From a virus (lineage: Duplodnaviria; Caudoviricetes), in the IMG/VR virus record IMGVR_UViG_3300046615_000208, positions 64,001 to 128,000 of that record: a stretch of DNA of 64,000 nucleotides, one strand, 5' to 3'. This document shows, one piece after another, positions 45,854 to 55,116 of the stretch. The position numbers and the translations under genes are program-made. The notes under the pieces were generated by a model. It was not told the DNA's origin, did not search any database, and was given only the letters and a program-made list of their open reading frames with translations. Position 1 is the first letter of the stretch; every line of letters starts with the position of its first letter.

Positions 45854-46122
45854 TATGCCCTTTCCAGCCAAATCTCTACTTCGGTACGGGTATCTCCCGC
45901 GACCCACGACACCTTGATCCGATCTCCGTCCCATTCCTTCATCATCTCCAGACCAGACCCGCGTTCCCACCAGTCATCAGCCAGAGCCAGAAACTTCCAT
46001 CTAGCCACGTCATACGTGTCCCGGAACAACTCGTTCTCCTGCTCGGAGATCACGTTGCCCTTCTTCACACCCACACAGCGCATGGTGCCCTTGATGTACC
46101 CTCCATTGTCAGGTACCGTCAC
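45853..46122 (-). CDS. hypothetical protein
   Basis: coupled ORF. Confidence 0.65.
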   Translation of the reverse strand: MTVPDNGGYIKGTMRCVGVKKGNVISEQENELFRDTYDVARWKFLALADDWWERGSGLEMMKEWDGDRIKVSWVAGDTRTEVEIWLERA

Positions 46123-46481
46123 TCGGACACCCTGTACTTAGCTTCAGTCCGCACACGCAAAGCAGCGTACTCTGCCGCAACCGCATTTACCTGCATTGCC
46201 GCGTCCAAGTAGTGTAACCGCTCCGGAGAGTCATGCCGTTCTTTGTTAGCAGCCTCAACAAAGTGGTCCCACACTTCATGCAATACCTTCGAACGGAGCC
46301 TCATCGTTGCCAGTTCATCTGCTTTTCTATCTACTGAATCCATCTTTTTCCTCTCATCTTTATCACATCTGTGATAGCCTTTAGCAATCAGCGTGTCTGT
46401 AATCAGTCCCATTTTCGAGGGAGCCTTAGAAAACAGGCACTCCTGTACCAAGGCCATCATGTCAATGCGGTCATCCCACAT
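46119..46481 (-). CDS. hypothetical protein
   Basis: coupled ORF. Confidence 0.7.
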   Translation of the reverse strand: MWDDRIDMMALVQECLFSKAPSKMGLITDTLIAKGYHRCDKDERKKMDSVDRKADELATMRLRSKVLHEVWDHFVEAANKERHDSPERLHYLDAAMQVNAVAAEYAALRVRTEAKYRVSE

Positions 46482-46749
46482 CGTAGCCGCCTCTCAGGCC
46501 AGTAACCACGTATCCGACCAAGCTGTTTACTTCCTTGCCTCGCGGAACCATCCCACGGCGCTTCAAAAAGCTGTAGACAAACGGATAGGACCGAGACACG
46601 CTCTCATCTGAGAACATCACGGCGTCCGCAGCAGCCAGAACCCTTTCCATGCGGATTGTCGCAGAAGCGACGAGGTCCTGATCCTCCCATTCATCGATCT
46701 TCGGGTGCCCAGCTAAAAGAGCAGCCCTTAGTCTCGCTTCATCGTTCAA
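46471..46749 (-). CDS. hypothetical protein
   Basis: AAGGAG RBS. Confidence 0.65.
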   Translation of the reverse strand: MNDEARLRAALLAGHPKIDEWEDQDLVASATIRMERVLAAADAVMFSDESVSRSYPFVYSFLKRRGMVPRGKEVNSLVGYVVTGLRGGYDVG

Positions 46750-47099
46750 ATCTTATCTCCTTCTAGAGTTGGTGCAAGCCAGCAGTTGCAGTTACGGCGT
46801 ACGCTTACGGGACGCCCCCGGTAGAGTTCCCGGATTGGGAAGTAGACAGCGCATCGGTGGTCGTGCACGTCCCACTGCCGTTCGAAGGTGAGGATGATGG
46901 CTCGCTGGGTTTCAAAGTCCTCCGGAAACGGCTCGGAGAGCCAGCAGTCACACTGCGGGAAGATGTACACGTCGTACGTTTCGCCGGTTAGTTCGTTCGT
47001 GGGCGGGATGTAACGCTTCCGGGTGTTGCAGGAGGACTGGTGGAAGCCTTTGGCGTTGAATTCTAGTAGCAGTAGCTCAGCGCGTTCCTCAGGACTCAC
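46746..47099 (-). CDS. protein with two H-x3-C...CxCWL repeats
   Basis: HQSSC...CDCWL and HDHRC...CNCWL. Confidence 0.7.
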   Translation of the reverse strand: MSPEERAELLLLEFNAKGFHQSSCNTRKRYIPPTNELTGETYDVYIFPQCDCWLSEPFPEDFETQRAIILTFERQWDVHDHRCAVYFPIRELYRGRPVSVRRNCNCWLAPTLEGDKI

Positions 47100-47258
47100 C
47101 TAAGCCCCGCCAAAAACTTATCCACCCTAGCCAGTCGCTTTCGGGAATTCCTGATCTCAGCCAGTGCCCGAAGCTCGCCAACAGAGCACTTTGCAAGATG
47201 TTTGTCGAAGAACTCCCGGCTCAGCACCATAAGCTCTTCATCGTAATCGGACCTGTAA

Positions 47259-47504
47259 TCAGCCATTCTCTCTCGCTTTCTTCTTCAAATCAAAATGATA
47301 CCAGCGCACCTTGCGCCAGAAGATAGACCAGACCGGTCTGGAACCACCGGGTTGAGTCGCAACATCGGCGTACCAAAGCTGCCCACACGTTTTACACTCG
47401 ATGACAGCCCCGTGAGCTAGGCTAGGAGGCTCGAATGAGACGTAGAGGCCCGCATCACACTTGTGTGGCGGCTGGGGCTTCTCAGGGGCATACAGCGTGA
47501 TCAT
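47259..47504 (-). CDS. RWYH-family zinc-ribbon protein
   Basis: HKC...IECKTCGQLW...VRWYH. Confidence 0.7.
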   Translation of the reverse strand: MITLYAPEKPQPPHKCDAGLYVSFEPPSLAHGAVIECKTCGQLWYADVATQPGGSRPVWSIFWRKVRWYHFDLKKKARENG

Positions 47505-47505
47505 G

Positions 47506-47751
47506 TCAGGCAATTTTACTCCTAAGAACCCAGTGATACCAGCGCAGCTTTCGCCATTTATTCTTTCTACAGTCTCCGTAATCCACATGTGCCCACCAGC
47601 GCTGTGCACACTGGTCACACTCCATGATGGTGTACGGTTCTACCGGGAGATACTGGTTCAGCACGTTTAGTTTCGGCAGCTTGCACCGATGCTCGGCTGC
47701 CGGGTTGTACAGCAGTACCATTTCGTTCTGGTCAAATTCTCTCGATTCCAT
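47506..47751 (-). CDS. RWYH-family zinc-ribbon protein
   Basis: HRC...MECDQCAQRW...LRWYH. Confidence 0.75.
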   Translation of the reverse strand: MESREFDQNEMVLLYNPAAEHRCKLPKLNVLNQYLPVEPYTIMECDQCAQRWWAHVDYGDCRKNKWRKLRWYHWVLRSKIA

Positions 47752-47817
47752 TACTTCCTCCTTTTCTTTAGTCCACCCTCCATACTACCTGATTTTAACG
47801 ACAAAAGCAAGCCCACC

Positions 47818-48009
47818 CTAGAGGGGCCAGCGCTTGAGGAATTCCTCGTCTGAGACGATTTCCCACTCCGGTTCCCCTGCCCTGCAAGCCTCACAGTAGT
47901 CATTGGGTTGAGGCCCAACTACCACAGTCTCTCCGGATACGTAAACGTCGAATTCGTTGCACTCGGTGCAGATCGACCGGGAGCCATCTGCTGTTCGTAT
48001 GTGTGTCAT
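47818..48009 (-). CDS. small zinc-finger protein
   Basis: CTEC...CEAC. Confidence 0.65.
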   Translation of the reverse strand: MTHIRTADGSRSICTECNEFDVYVSGETVVVGPQPNDYCEACRAGEPEWEIVSDEEFLKRWPL

Positions 48010-48022
48010 CTTTCCTCCTTCC

Positions 48023-48394
48023 TTACAGGTCTTTGGCGATGCCACGGAGACGGTATGAAACATCCCGCATAGTCATCCGCAGTCGCAACATGTTCGTTTC
48101 CGTATTGGCGTCAGTCTCAAGCCTATCGGCAAGCTTGACAAGCTCAGCAGCAAGGCCCGGTTCTACATGTTCGGCGTTGATGTCCGTGTAGATGGCCTCA
48201 TTGATCTGAGCGGTAAGAACCGCTTCATGTTCTGCATCGGCAATGAGTTCCAGCGTGTCGTACGTCACCAACACAACCTTATTCTTCTCCCGGTCGAAGA
48301 CCACATCCACCTTGGACGGGTCAAACTGGTCGGAGATTACGGTACCGAACTTCTGCCGGTTGTAGAGGACCCGGTCGCCCTTCTTGAACCTCAT
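48023..48394 (-). CDS. SH3-like domain protein
   Basis: FKKGDRV. Confidence 0.7.
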   Translation of the reverse strand: MRFKKGDRVLYNRQKFGTVISDQFDPSKVDVVFDREKNKVVLVTYDTLELIADAEHEAVLTAQINEAIYTDINAEHVEPGLAAELVKLADRLETDANTETNMLRLRMTMRDVSYRLRGIAKDL

Positions 48395-48570
48395 GAGCCT
48401 AGGCTTTCTGAGCACTTGGTGCAGGTTACCTCGGTGACCTTGTGTTCCACGGCAGTAGGGTCCGGGACCTGCTTGCCACACAGGGTGGCCCACTTGTCCG
48501 TCTTGTAGTCCATGACGAACGCGGCATGGACCCTTCCGTGAAGGTGTACCGGGAAGATTGTTGTAGGCAT
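48391..48570 (-). CDS. small zinc-finger protein
   Basis: VH...TLCG...VTCTKC. Confidence 0.65.
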   Translation of the reverse strand: MPTTIFPVHLHGRVHAAFVMDYKTDKWATLCGKQVPDPTAVEHKVTEVTCTKCSESLGS

Positions 48571-48635
48571 CTCTCTTTCTCCTTTTCTATAGGCTTGATT
48601 GATGCCCCCTAGCATAGATGCACGGCCACCGTATG

Positions 48636-48890
48636 TCAAGCGCCCCGCACCGCATCGATTGCTACGCCGTAGAGTCTCCGCAACTCGCGAGCCTCAGCGG
48701 CTTCCTGTTTGGCGAGATCGCGGCTGGCTTTAATGGTGGGCAGACTCGGCAGGTCGTGTTCCTGATTAAAGATCATGTCTGCGTCGTACCGGTTCACCGT
48801 GGTGTCCCAGCGTTTTACCTCGGCGTTGGCTTGCTTCTCATCCGCTTCGAGGGCTATCAGCAGCTTCTCTTTGGGTGTTCGCTTTGACAC
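48636..48890 (-). CDS. hypothetical protein
   Basis: AAAGGAG RBS. Confidence 0.7.
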   Translation of the reverse strand: MSKRTPKEKLLIALEADEKQANAEVKRWDTTVNRYDADMIFNQEHDLPSLPTIKASRDLAKQEAAEARELRRLYGVAIDAVRGA

Positions 48891-49010
48891 GGTGACTCCT
48901 TTCGGACCAATAGGGATCAGAAGACCCTTCCCGGAGGAAGGGCCTTCTGTGGCGGATACCGCCTACCTGATACAGTATAATCCTACCGCACTGACCCGGC
49001 ATCTGTCAAC

Positions 49011-49373
49011 TCACCGGATCGGCATGATCCTTACCGGGTACGCCCCGGCAGGCCGTACAAATACTGCCTGCCTGTTCCCGTACCGTACCTGCTGAAGCTC
49101 CACAGAGTATACAGCAATCTTGTACCCGAGGTCCGCAAGCGAATCGTCATACCCGGCAAACCATTCCTCCAGAGCGCAAAGAGTAGGGAACCCGCACACC
49201 TCGTCCGGGTAGATTCCATCCAGCATGGGGTCGTCAAAGGGGTCCGGGTGTTCCTCATCCCCATGGACGGCAAACATGTGTGCCAGTTCTTCGTTGTCTT
49301 CGTTACCTGCATACGGCCCCGCACCGTGTGCAGACTCTACCCTAAACATAGAGACCTTCATTTTCCCTGCCAA
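49011..49373 (-). CDS. hypothetical protein (RVE...GPY...CGF...WF; possible ART-fold)
   Basis: FRVES..GAGPY...HP.P..D...CGF..L..L..WF...Q.VF. Confidence 0.65.
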   Translation of the reverse strand: MAGKMKVSMFRVESAHGAGPYAGNEDNEELAHMFAVHGDEEHPDPFDDPMLDGIYPDEVCGFPTLCALEEWFAGYDDSLADLGYKIAVYSVELQQVRYGNRQAVFVRPAGAYPVRIMPIR

Positions 49374-49515
49374 TCCATAATTACAGCCTTGCTATTTATG
49401 CCGGGACAAAAATATGGGCGCACCACTGGGGCACGCCTTCAACCCGCACCGTGTGTCCCGCACGGTGCATGTCTATGTAGTTGTCCGACCGGCAAGCTGC
49501 TTTACCGGATCAGGG

Positions 49516-49731
49516 TTACTTCTTCTTCAGGAGGGCCTTGCCGTGGCTGCTGCGTGTCGGCTCGGAGAGCCGTACCGCATCACCTATAAAACAGTAGGCC
49601 GCACCTTCATTCGTACTGACCCGCACCGTATCGCAGTTCAGTTGCCTGTCCTCTACCACGCCTTCAAGCCCCTTATAGGGTCCAGCCGTGATCCGTACCG
49701 CATCTCCAACATCAATAATGGCTTGGTTCAT
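49516..49731 (-). CDS. KOW-motif protein
   Basis: IDVGDAVRITAGPYKGLEGVV. Confidence 0.75.
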   Translation of the reverse strand: MNQAIIDVGDAVRITAGPYKGLEGVVEDRQLNCDTVRVSTNEGAAYCFIGDAVRLSEPTRSSHGKALLKKK

Positions 49732-49997
49732 ACCTAGAGCTTACCCGGCACTACTTGGTTTATCAAATCGATACGCATTATGACTACTTGACTTGACTTT
49801 TGGCACTACTTGTGTTTAGGATCAAAAACCCCGGAATCTAGCGGTTTTTAGGGTGCCACCACAGACGATTTCAAAAATAGGGGGTTGCATAGTGTTGCGT
49901 GTCGGCGTAGTGTTTGAGTCATGGAAAGCAGCCGACCAAGGAGGCCTACCAGACAACAAACAAATCAATCAAACACCAACCGAAAGGAAATCATATC

Positions 49998-51419
49998 ATG
50001 ACTACCAAGACCCTCACTCGCGGACAGAAGGCAGCAGCAACCCGTCGAAGCAACATCGAGAAGGCCGAGGCCATGGCAGCAGCGGTAAAGGAAGACGCGG
50101 CAGCAGCCCTCGCGGCGGAAAATCTTCCGAAGGGTTCAGCCGCTCCCAAGGTCGATCCGATGTTCTCGGACGAAATCGACCCCAACGAGAACATCGACAC
50201 CGAAGGTCTTCCCGAGGAAGTCGAGGACGAACTGGACGAGGAAGACACGCCGGAAGTGCAGAAGGAATTCCGGATGCAAATCCTGACGGAGTTCGTCCCC
50301 GGTAAGGCGGCACTCGCCACACTGACACCGCAGGCTCTGAAGTCTCTGGCGTTCGTCTCCACCTACAACACCATCGATGACCAGTCCTCCAGCCCACGCC
50401 AGCACGGCTACCAGCGCGATCCGCTGGACGCACGGTTCCCCGCCATCGGTCGGTACTTCGCCCAGCAGGAGGGTGACGGGGTCCACACCCACGCACACCT
50501 GATCACGCCGATCATCGCGTCGGTGCGCGTCTACTCCGACAAGGAGCGGGAAGAGTTCGTCAAGCTCTTCAACGAGGGCGACATCCACGCGATCCACGAA
50601 CGCTTCGGTCGCTCGGTGGTCTCCATCGTGGACGGCCAGCACCGAACCGGAGGCCTGTTCTGGGCTTGGGAGAAGGAACACGACTTCAACCCGGACGTGC
50701 CGGTGATGCTGTACTTCGGACTCCGCTACGCCGATGAGGCCACGCTGTTCGATGACATCAACACCAACCAGCGCAAGCTCCCCAAGGCGCTCATCGAGGC
50801 CACCAAGGTCCACATGGAGGCAGGCGAGAAGTCCCACGCCCAGACCATCCGTGAGGTTGCGTTCGACCTCGCACAGGACGGCGACTCTCCGTGGTACGGC
50901 CAGATCAACATGACCGGTGCACGCGACCCGGAGAAGCCCATCTCCTACGAGGGCCTGCGCCGTGCTACTGGCAACATGCTTCAGGAGAAGCTGATTGCCC
51001 GTCTGGAGCGGCAGGGGATGGCTCTGGACACGGTCGCCAAGAAGTACTGGGAGATGGTCGCTCGGGCCTGTGCCCCGGCATGGCAGGAGCGTCCGCGCAT
51101 CGTCCGCACCGACGAGGGGACCGAAGAGGAACAGGTCAAGTACCGCCTGAAGGATTTGGCTGGCGTGGCATCCGTGTCGCGTGTCGGCTTCGACATCCTG
51201 AACACGGCACTGGATCAGTCCAAGACCGACGAGGACTTCTGGAGCGCTGTGGCCTCCATGGTCTCCAAGCTCGGCGTCATCGACTGGGAGAAGCGTCCGG
51301 GCAACCCTTGGACCGCTGCCGGGGCCGGTTTCGCAGGAATGACCGGCCTCTACAAGATGCTCTACGAACTGGTGTACTTGGACAAGTCGCCCGGTGTCTC
51401 TGCCGAAGCTGAAGAGTAG
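49998..51419 (+). CDS. DGQHR/DndB-family ParB-like protein
   Basis: GYQR, SIVDGQHR, EATLFDDINTNQRKL; AAAGGA RBS; own promoter and terminator. Confidence 0.85.
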   Translation: MTTKTLTRGQKAAATRRSNIEKAEAMAAAVKEDAAAALAAENLPKGSAAPKVDPMFSDEIDPNENIDTEGLPEEVEDELDEEDTPEVQKEFRMQILTEFVPGKAALATLTPQALKSLAFVSTYNTIDDQSSSPRQHGYQRDPLDARFPAIGRYFAQQEGDGVHTHAHLITPIIASVRVYSDKEREEFVKLFNEGDIHAIHERFGRSVVSIVDGQHRTGGLFWAWEKEHDFNPDVPVMLYFGLRYADEATLFDDINTNQRKLPKALIEATKVHMEAGEKSHAQTIREVAFDLAQDGDSPWYGQINMTGARDPEKPISYEGLRRATGNMLQEKLIARLERQGMALDTVAKKYWEMVARACAPAWQERPRIVRTDEGTEEEQVKYRLKDLAGVASVSRVGFDILNTALDQSKTDEDFWSAVASMVSKLGVIDWEKRPGNPWTAAGAGFAGMTGLYKMLYELVYLDKSPGVSAEAEE

Positions 51420-51427
51420 CCCAGTAG

Positions 51428-51465
51428 GAAAGGCCCCGGTCCCCCCAAAGGACCGGGGTCTTTCT
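51428..51465 (+). terminator. intrinsic terminator
   Basis: GAAAGGCCCCGGTCC-loop-GGACCGGGGTCTTTC. Confidence 0.75.
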
Positions 51466-51469
51466 CTGG

Positions 51470-51588
51470 CCAAAAGAAGAGGCCACCCGGCCCGCACGTT
51501 GGGGGACTAGTCAAACCGGGTGACCTCATCAATCGGGGGGTTCCGACACCCACCTACCGCAACAAAGCCGTTCGCTCCTGTGTTGGTG
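51470..51588 (-). ncRNA. candidate small RNA with own promoter and terminator
   Basis: TTGTGA-17-TAGAAT (51622-51594); no credible ORF; ends in GAGGTCACCCGG...CCGGGTGGCCTC-TTCTTTT. Confidence 0.45.
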
Positions 51589-51654
51589 ATAAGATTCTAG
51601 CAAGAGGTGAGTCACCTCACAATAGGTGTACGGAAGTTAATAGGAGGTTGACAA

Positions 51655-51879
51655 ATGGCAAGGCGTCAGGTAGTACACAGCACATGCGACAGGTGCCACA
51701 AGGAAGTGACCACTCCGATGACCCCGAACAGACGGGGAGACGAGTTTCAGGTTCCGGATGGCTGGATACACATCTCGGCCAACGGTAGGAACACTACCCT
51801 CTTCGAGATGGACCTGTGCGACGACTGCAAGGGCATCGTAATCGAGGCGGCAGGACTGGCAGACCGGGTTCACTCCTAG
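51655..51879 (+). CDS. zinc-finger protein (paralog of 51984..52208)
   Basis: CDRCH...PDGWIH...DLCDDC. Confidence 0.75.
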   Translation: MARRQVVHSTCDRCHKEVTTPMTPNRRGDEFQVPDGWIHISANGRNTTLFEMDLCDDCKGIVIEAAGLADRVHS

Positions 51880-51983
51880 AGGGAAGAAGACCCCCACAAG
51901 ATAACCGGGGAAGGTTGATTGAGTGGGGGTCTTCCTGTGGGTAAGCTTACGCTGTCACTACCGGGCACGGAAGGGGTTGAGTT

Positions 51984-52208
51984 ATGTACCAGCAGGTGGT
52001 ACGATATGAATGCGATAGTTGTCACAAGATCGTGGAAGAGCCTATGGCTACCGGCTTCAAGTGGCGGGGCAGGGTTCCCAAGGACTGGCTACACGTGGAT
52101 GGCTTCACAAACAGCCATAGTGTGTTTAAGCTAGACCTCTGCGATGAGTGCAAAAAGGAAGTACTGGAGTTCACCCAGAGCGACCAGAGCAAGAACGTCG
52201 AGGAATAG
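51984..52208 (+). CDS. zinc-finger protein (paralog of 51655..51879)
   Basis: CDSCH...PKDWLH...DLCDEC. Confidence 0.75.
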   Translation: MYQQVVRYECDSCHKIVEEPMATGFKWRGRVPKDWLHVDGFTNSHSVFKLDLCDECKKEVLEFTQSDQSKNVEE

Positions 52209-52216
52209 GAGGATAC

Positions 52217-52459
52217 ATGTTTGTTGTAGCACGTGTCAAAGCAGATCGGGTCCATGAGGTAGAGGCATACCTGTACAACGGCCAGAATATTGTCTCTGAG
52301 CCGGTGCTGAATGAGTTCGGTTCGGCCATGGTCATTGTGGAGTCCGCCCACGGTCTGGCGGGTAAGATGCTGGCTGACAGGCTGGCATCAGGCCTCATGG
52401 GAGCGAGTCAGTTCCAGACCCGCGAAGAGGCAGACGCATATATCCAGTCGGAGATGTGA
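52217..52459 (+). CDS. hypothetical protein
   Basis: AGGAGG RBS. Confidence 0.7.
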   Translation: MFVVARVKADRVHEVEAYLYNGQNIVSEPVLNEFGSAMVIVESAHGLAGKMLADRLASGLMGASQFQTREEADAYIQSEM

Positions 52460-52520
52460 CGGGTAGGGGCCGGGAAGTCCGACCCCTACCGGTTACCCGA
52501 TGAGACCGTCTCGTATCCGT

Positions 52521-52781
52521 TCATCGCACGTACTTCCTCAGCCTGAAGTGGTACCAGCGTACCTTTGACCAGTGTACATGGTACTCCTTTGGGTCTAGGT
52601 ATTTGTCCTTACCTCCGGTGGTAAACACCGAGACCCACCAGAAGATGCCGCAGTCATTGCACTCGATGATCGTGCGGTCCTTGTAGCTTGGCATAGTACC
52701 GCCTGCATAGTTTTTAGGGCGACACTGGTGTGGCGGGATTGGGTCATCCGGAATGTGAACTGTCCTGTAGCGCTCGCTCAT
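52521..52781 (-). CDS. RWYH-family zinc-ribbon protein
   Basis: HQC...IIECNDCG.FW...VRWYH. Confidence 0.75.
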   Translation of the reverse strand: MSERYRTVHIPDDPIPPHQCRPKNYAGGTMPSYKDRTIIECNDCGIFWWVSVFTTGGKDKYLDPKEYHVHWSKVRWYHFRLRKYVR

Positions 52782-53020
52782 CGGTGCAGGTTCCTTTGCC
52801 ACTTGAAGTGGTACCACCTGAGCGGAATCCACTTGTTGCTGTAAGAGGCGTCTTTGTAGGTCATAGCAACCCACTTTTGCGCACATTCCTCACACTCGAT
52901 GATTGTTTGCCACCAGATTTTGTTGTCATCGTGGCGGTTGCGGGTGAGGTCCGGGAGATCGCACTTGTGTTCCTTTGCTGCGACTTCTCGCGGGTCATAT
53001 AGTACTACATACTTAGCCAT
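52778..53020 (-). CDS. RWYH-family zinc-ribbon protein
   Basis: HKC...IIECEECAQKW...LRWYH. Confidence 0.75.
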   Translation of the reverse strand: MAKYVVLYDPREVAAKEHKCDLPDLTRNRHDDNKIWWQTIIECEECAQKWVAMTYKDASYSNKWIPLRWYHFKWQRNLHR

Positions 53021-53283
53021 TATCTTCCTTTCCTTGTCGCTACGATGAACTGGAGCCGCATGTGGTACCACTTGAGGGGCTTCCACTCGTTCTTGTGGTC
53101 GTAATCTTCTCTGGCCCAGATAATGGCGTACCACTTCTTGGCACACTGTTCGCATTCGATCACAGCGCGGTACTCAAACTCTCCACCATCGTTCCCACTG
53201 ATCTTAGGCGGGTCGCACTTGTGCTTTGCTGCCATCTCCGTCTTGGGGTTGTAGAGTGTCACATAGCTCTTGCTATTTTCCAA
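53020..53283 (-). CDS. RWYH-family zinc-ribbon protein
   Basis: HKC...VIECEQCAKKW...LKWYH. Confidence 0.75.
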   Translation of the reverse strand: MENSKSYVTLYNPKTEMAAKHKCDPPKISGNDGGEFEYRAVIECEQCAKKWYAIIWAREDYDHKNEWKPLKWYHMRLQFIVATRKGR

Positions 53284-53512
53284 CGATGGCCTTCCTCATC
53301 CTGTAATGGTACCAGCGTACCCGCGTCCAAATTCGTGTGTCATCGATCCACTTTATCCTCACGTACCAGTGCCTGCCGCAGTCTTTGCAGCACACGATAC
53401 GGCCCTCTACGGAGTTCCCTGCCCCTCTTCGGCCCTTATCGAAACACCGGTGCTTGTCGAAGACCTCCTTACGATCTACGACAATCTCAAAGTCATCTAG
53501 GGTTCTAGCCAT
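53273..53512 (-). CDS. RWYH-family zinc-ribbon protein
   Basis: HRC...IVCCKDCGRHW...VRWYH. Confidence 0.75.
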   Translation of the reverse strand: MARTLDDFEIVVDRKEVFDKHRCFDKGRRGAGNSVEGRIVCCKDCGRHWYVRIKWIDDTRIWTRVRWYHYRMRKAIVGK

Positions 53513-53840
53513 TGGATTCCTCCGCAGCTACAACTGCACGGCCATAGGAAATTGCGTTGTTCATGATCTCCATGATATTCGAGAAGTCAACTTCTGTCAA
53601 CTCACAGAAAAACTCTACAGTGTCGATCCCGCCAGCAGACATAGGCGCACGCAGAGTCATCGCGAAAAGCTGCATCTCCATCGCCAATCCTGCGGCTCCG
53701 TATCCGCCGTCTTCGATGTCAAAGGTCTCGCGCCACAGTGCGGTCTCTCCACGCACGAGCGAGCGGGCAATCTCGACAGCCTTCAGGTGTCGATCCCATT
53801 GTTCCTGTTCATTCTCCATGTATTTCCCTTCCTTGTTCAT
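53505..53840 (-). CDS. hypothetical protein
   Basis: ORF, coupled. Confidence 0.7.
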   Translation of the reverse strand: MNKEGKYMENEQEQWDRHLKAVEIARSLVRGETALWRETFDIEDGGYGAAGLAMEMQLFAMTLRAPMSAGGIDTVEFFCELTEVDFSNIMEIMNNAISYGRAVVAAEESNG

Positions 53841-53887
53841 AACACAAGCCTACCCTGACCTAACCAAATGTCAAATCAGGGTAGACG

Positions 53888-54175
53888 CTAACTCTCTCCG
53901 CGTTCCAAAGCAATCATCGAGACCGCCATTTTATGCATGTCAAACGAACTTACTCCTGCAAAGTCACAGTACCGATCCGCCATGAGGAATGCTGCACCCC
54001 AGTATCCGCGCTTCATAGCGTATGCCGTCACGTAAAGCTGGAGGGCAATACCAGTCACAGACACACCGTCTTCGTCAGATTCCAGATTTTCTTCTTTCAG
54101 AATCTCCTGTATGTCCTTCAGCACTGCCGCACACGCCTTCTGCCTTGCCAGCAGTTCTTCTCCCGACTCACTCAT
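53888..54175 (-). CDS. hypothetical protein
   Basis: ATGA coupling. Confidence 0.7.
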   Translation of the reverse strand: MSESGEELLARQKACAAVLKDIQEILKEENLESDEDGVSVTGIALQLYVTAYAMKRGYWGAAFLMADRYCDFAGVSSFDMHKMAVSMIALERGES

Positions 54176-54495
54176 TGTCTACCCACTCGCTCGTTGTTAT
54201 TGCCCGACTCTGTCTCTTCCTCGGCCACAGGCGTAAACTTCTTCGCCCGTTCGATCTCGAACTCGCGCAGAGTCATCTTGGTCTCAACCAAGTGAATCTT
54301 CCCACTGCGTAGCGTGATCTTCAGTCCTCGGTCGTAAGGGTGAGGGCCAGCATTCATGTAAATCTGGGGACGACGATCAAACCGCGTCACAGATTCAATC
54401 TCATCTACATTCAAGAGTACATTGTTTTCCTCCGAACTCACGCTCTCCAGAAGGACCATCCGGTCTGCTGGTAGTTTAATGTCCGGCGTACTCAT
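54172..54495 (-). CDS. hypothetical protein (FlbD-like beta fold possible)
   Basis: AAGGAG RBS; LLNVDEIESV..KITLRSGK. Confidence 0.65.
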   Translation of the reverse strand: MSTPDIKLPADRMVLLESVSSEENNVLLNVDEIESVTRFDRRPQIYMNAGPHPYDRGLKITLRSGKIHLVETKMTLREFEIERAKKFTPVAEEETESGNNNERVGRQ

Positions 54496-54628
54496 CAGGC
54501 TCCTTGTGCCATGAGGTCCGCTCGGAACCCAATACCTCCAGAATCGCCGCCCGACGATAGTCAAACGAACTCCAGAACCCCGGATGCATCAGTTCCTCGA
54601 TCTTGGCAAGCTTCTCTTCTGCCGTCAT
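54476..54628 (-). CDS. small hypothetical protein
   Basis: AAGGA RBS. Confidence 0.55.
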   Translation of the reverse strand: MTAEEKLAKIEELMHPGFWSSFDYRRAAILEVLGSERTSWHKEPDEYAGH

Positions 54629-55023
54629 TTTGTCCTTGCCCTTTCCCTTGCCGCCAGTATCCAACGTGCCGCTGTATACCGGGATTCCTTTTGTAGTTTA
54701 GCTGCCAGATGACTGGGCGGTTTGGGGTCCTCATATTTCCGTCGATCCCAGCCGAACTTGATCTCTAGACGCTTATACAGAGGTGCCCAAGCCCATCCGG
54801 CCCATGCAATGTTGTCATGGGTAGAGTACCATTTACGGGCGCACTCCGGGCAAACAAAGGTTGAACCAAACGGAGTGTACGACCTTGGTGTGGGGCAGTC
54901 GCACCCCCATTCCTCGTCGCGCAGTGTCTCCCGTCTAAAGTACCACAGGTCGTAGAAAAAAGCAACCGCCTGTAGAATACTAAGACCTACAAAGCCCCAG
55001 AGTGCTAGGTTTGCGATGACCAT
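54625..55023 (-). CDS. membrane-anchored zinc-ribbon protein
   Basis: N-terminal TM; CDCP...CPECARKW. Confidence 0.7.
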   Translation of the reverse strand: MVIANLALWGFVGLSILQAVAFFYDLWYFRRETLRDEEWGCDCPTPRSYTPFGSTFVCPECARKWYSTHDNIAWAGWAWAPLYKRLEIKFGWDRRKYEDPKPPSHLAAKLQKESRYTAARWILAARERARTK

Positions 55024-55116
55024 TCCTTCTCCTTCCACATGTCGTCAAGCAGTTCGCAGTCTGCGGTGCTAGCTCTCCCGTAGAAGTCAAAGAACTCCCC
55101 CGAATAAATTAGTTCT

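Noticed and set aside
50136-51497. 453-aa - strand ORF
   Set aside because: Antisense shadow of the GC3-biased DGQHR gene
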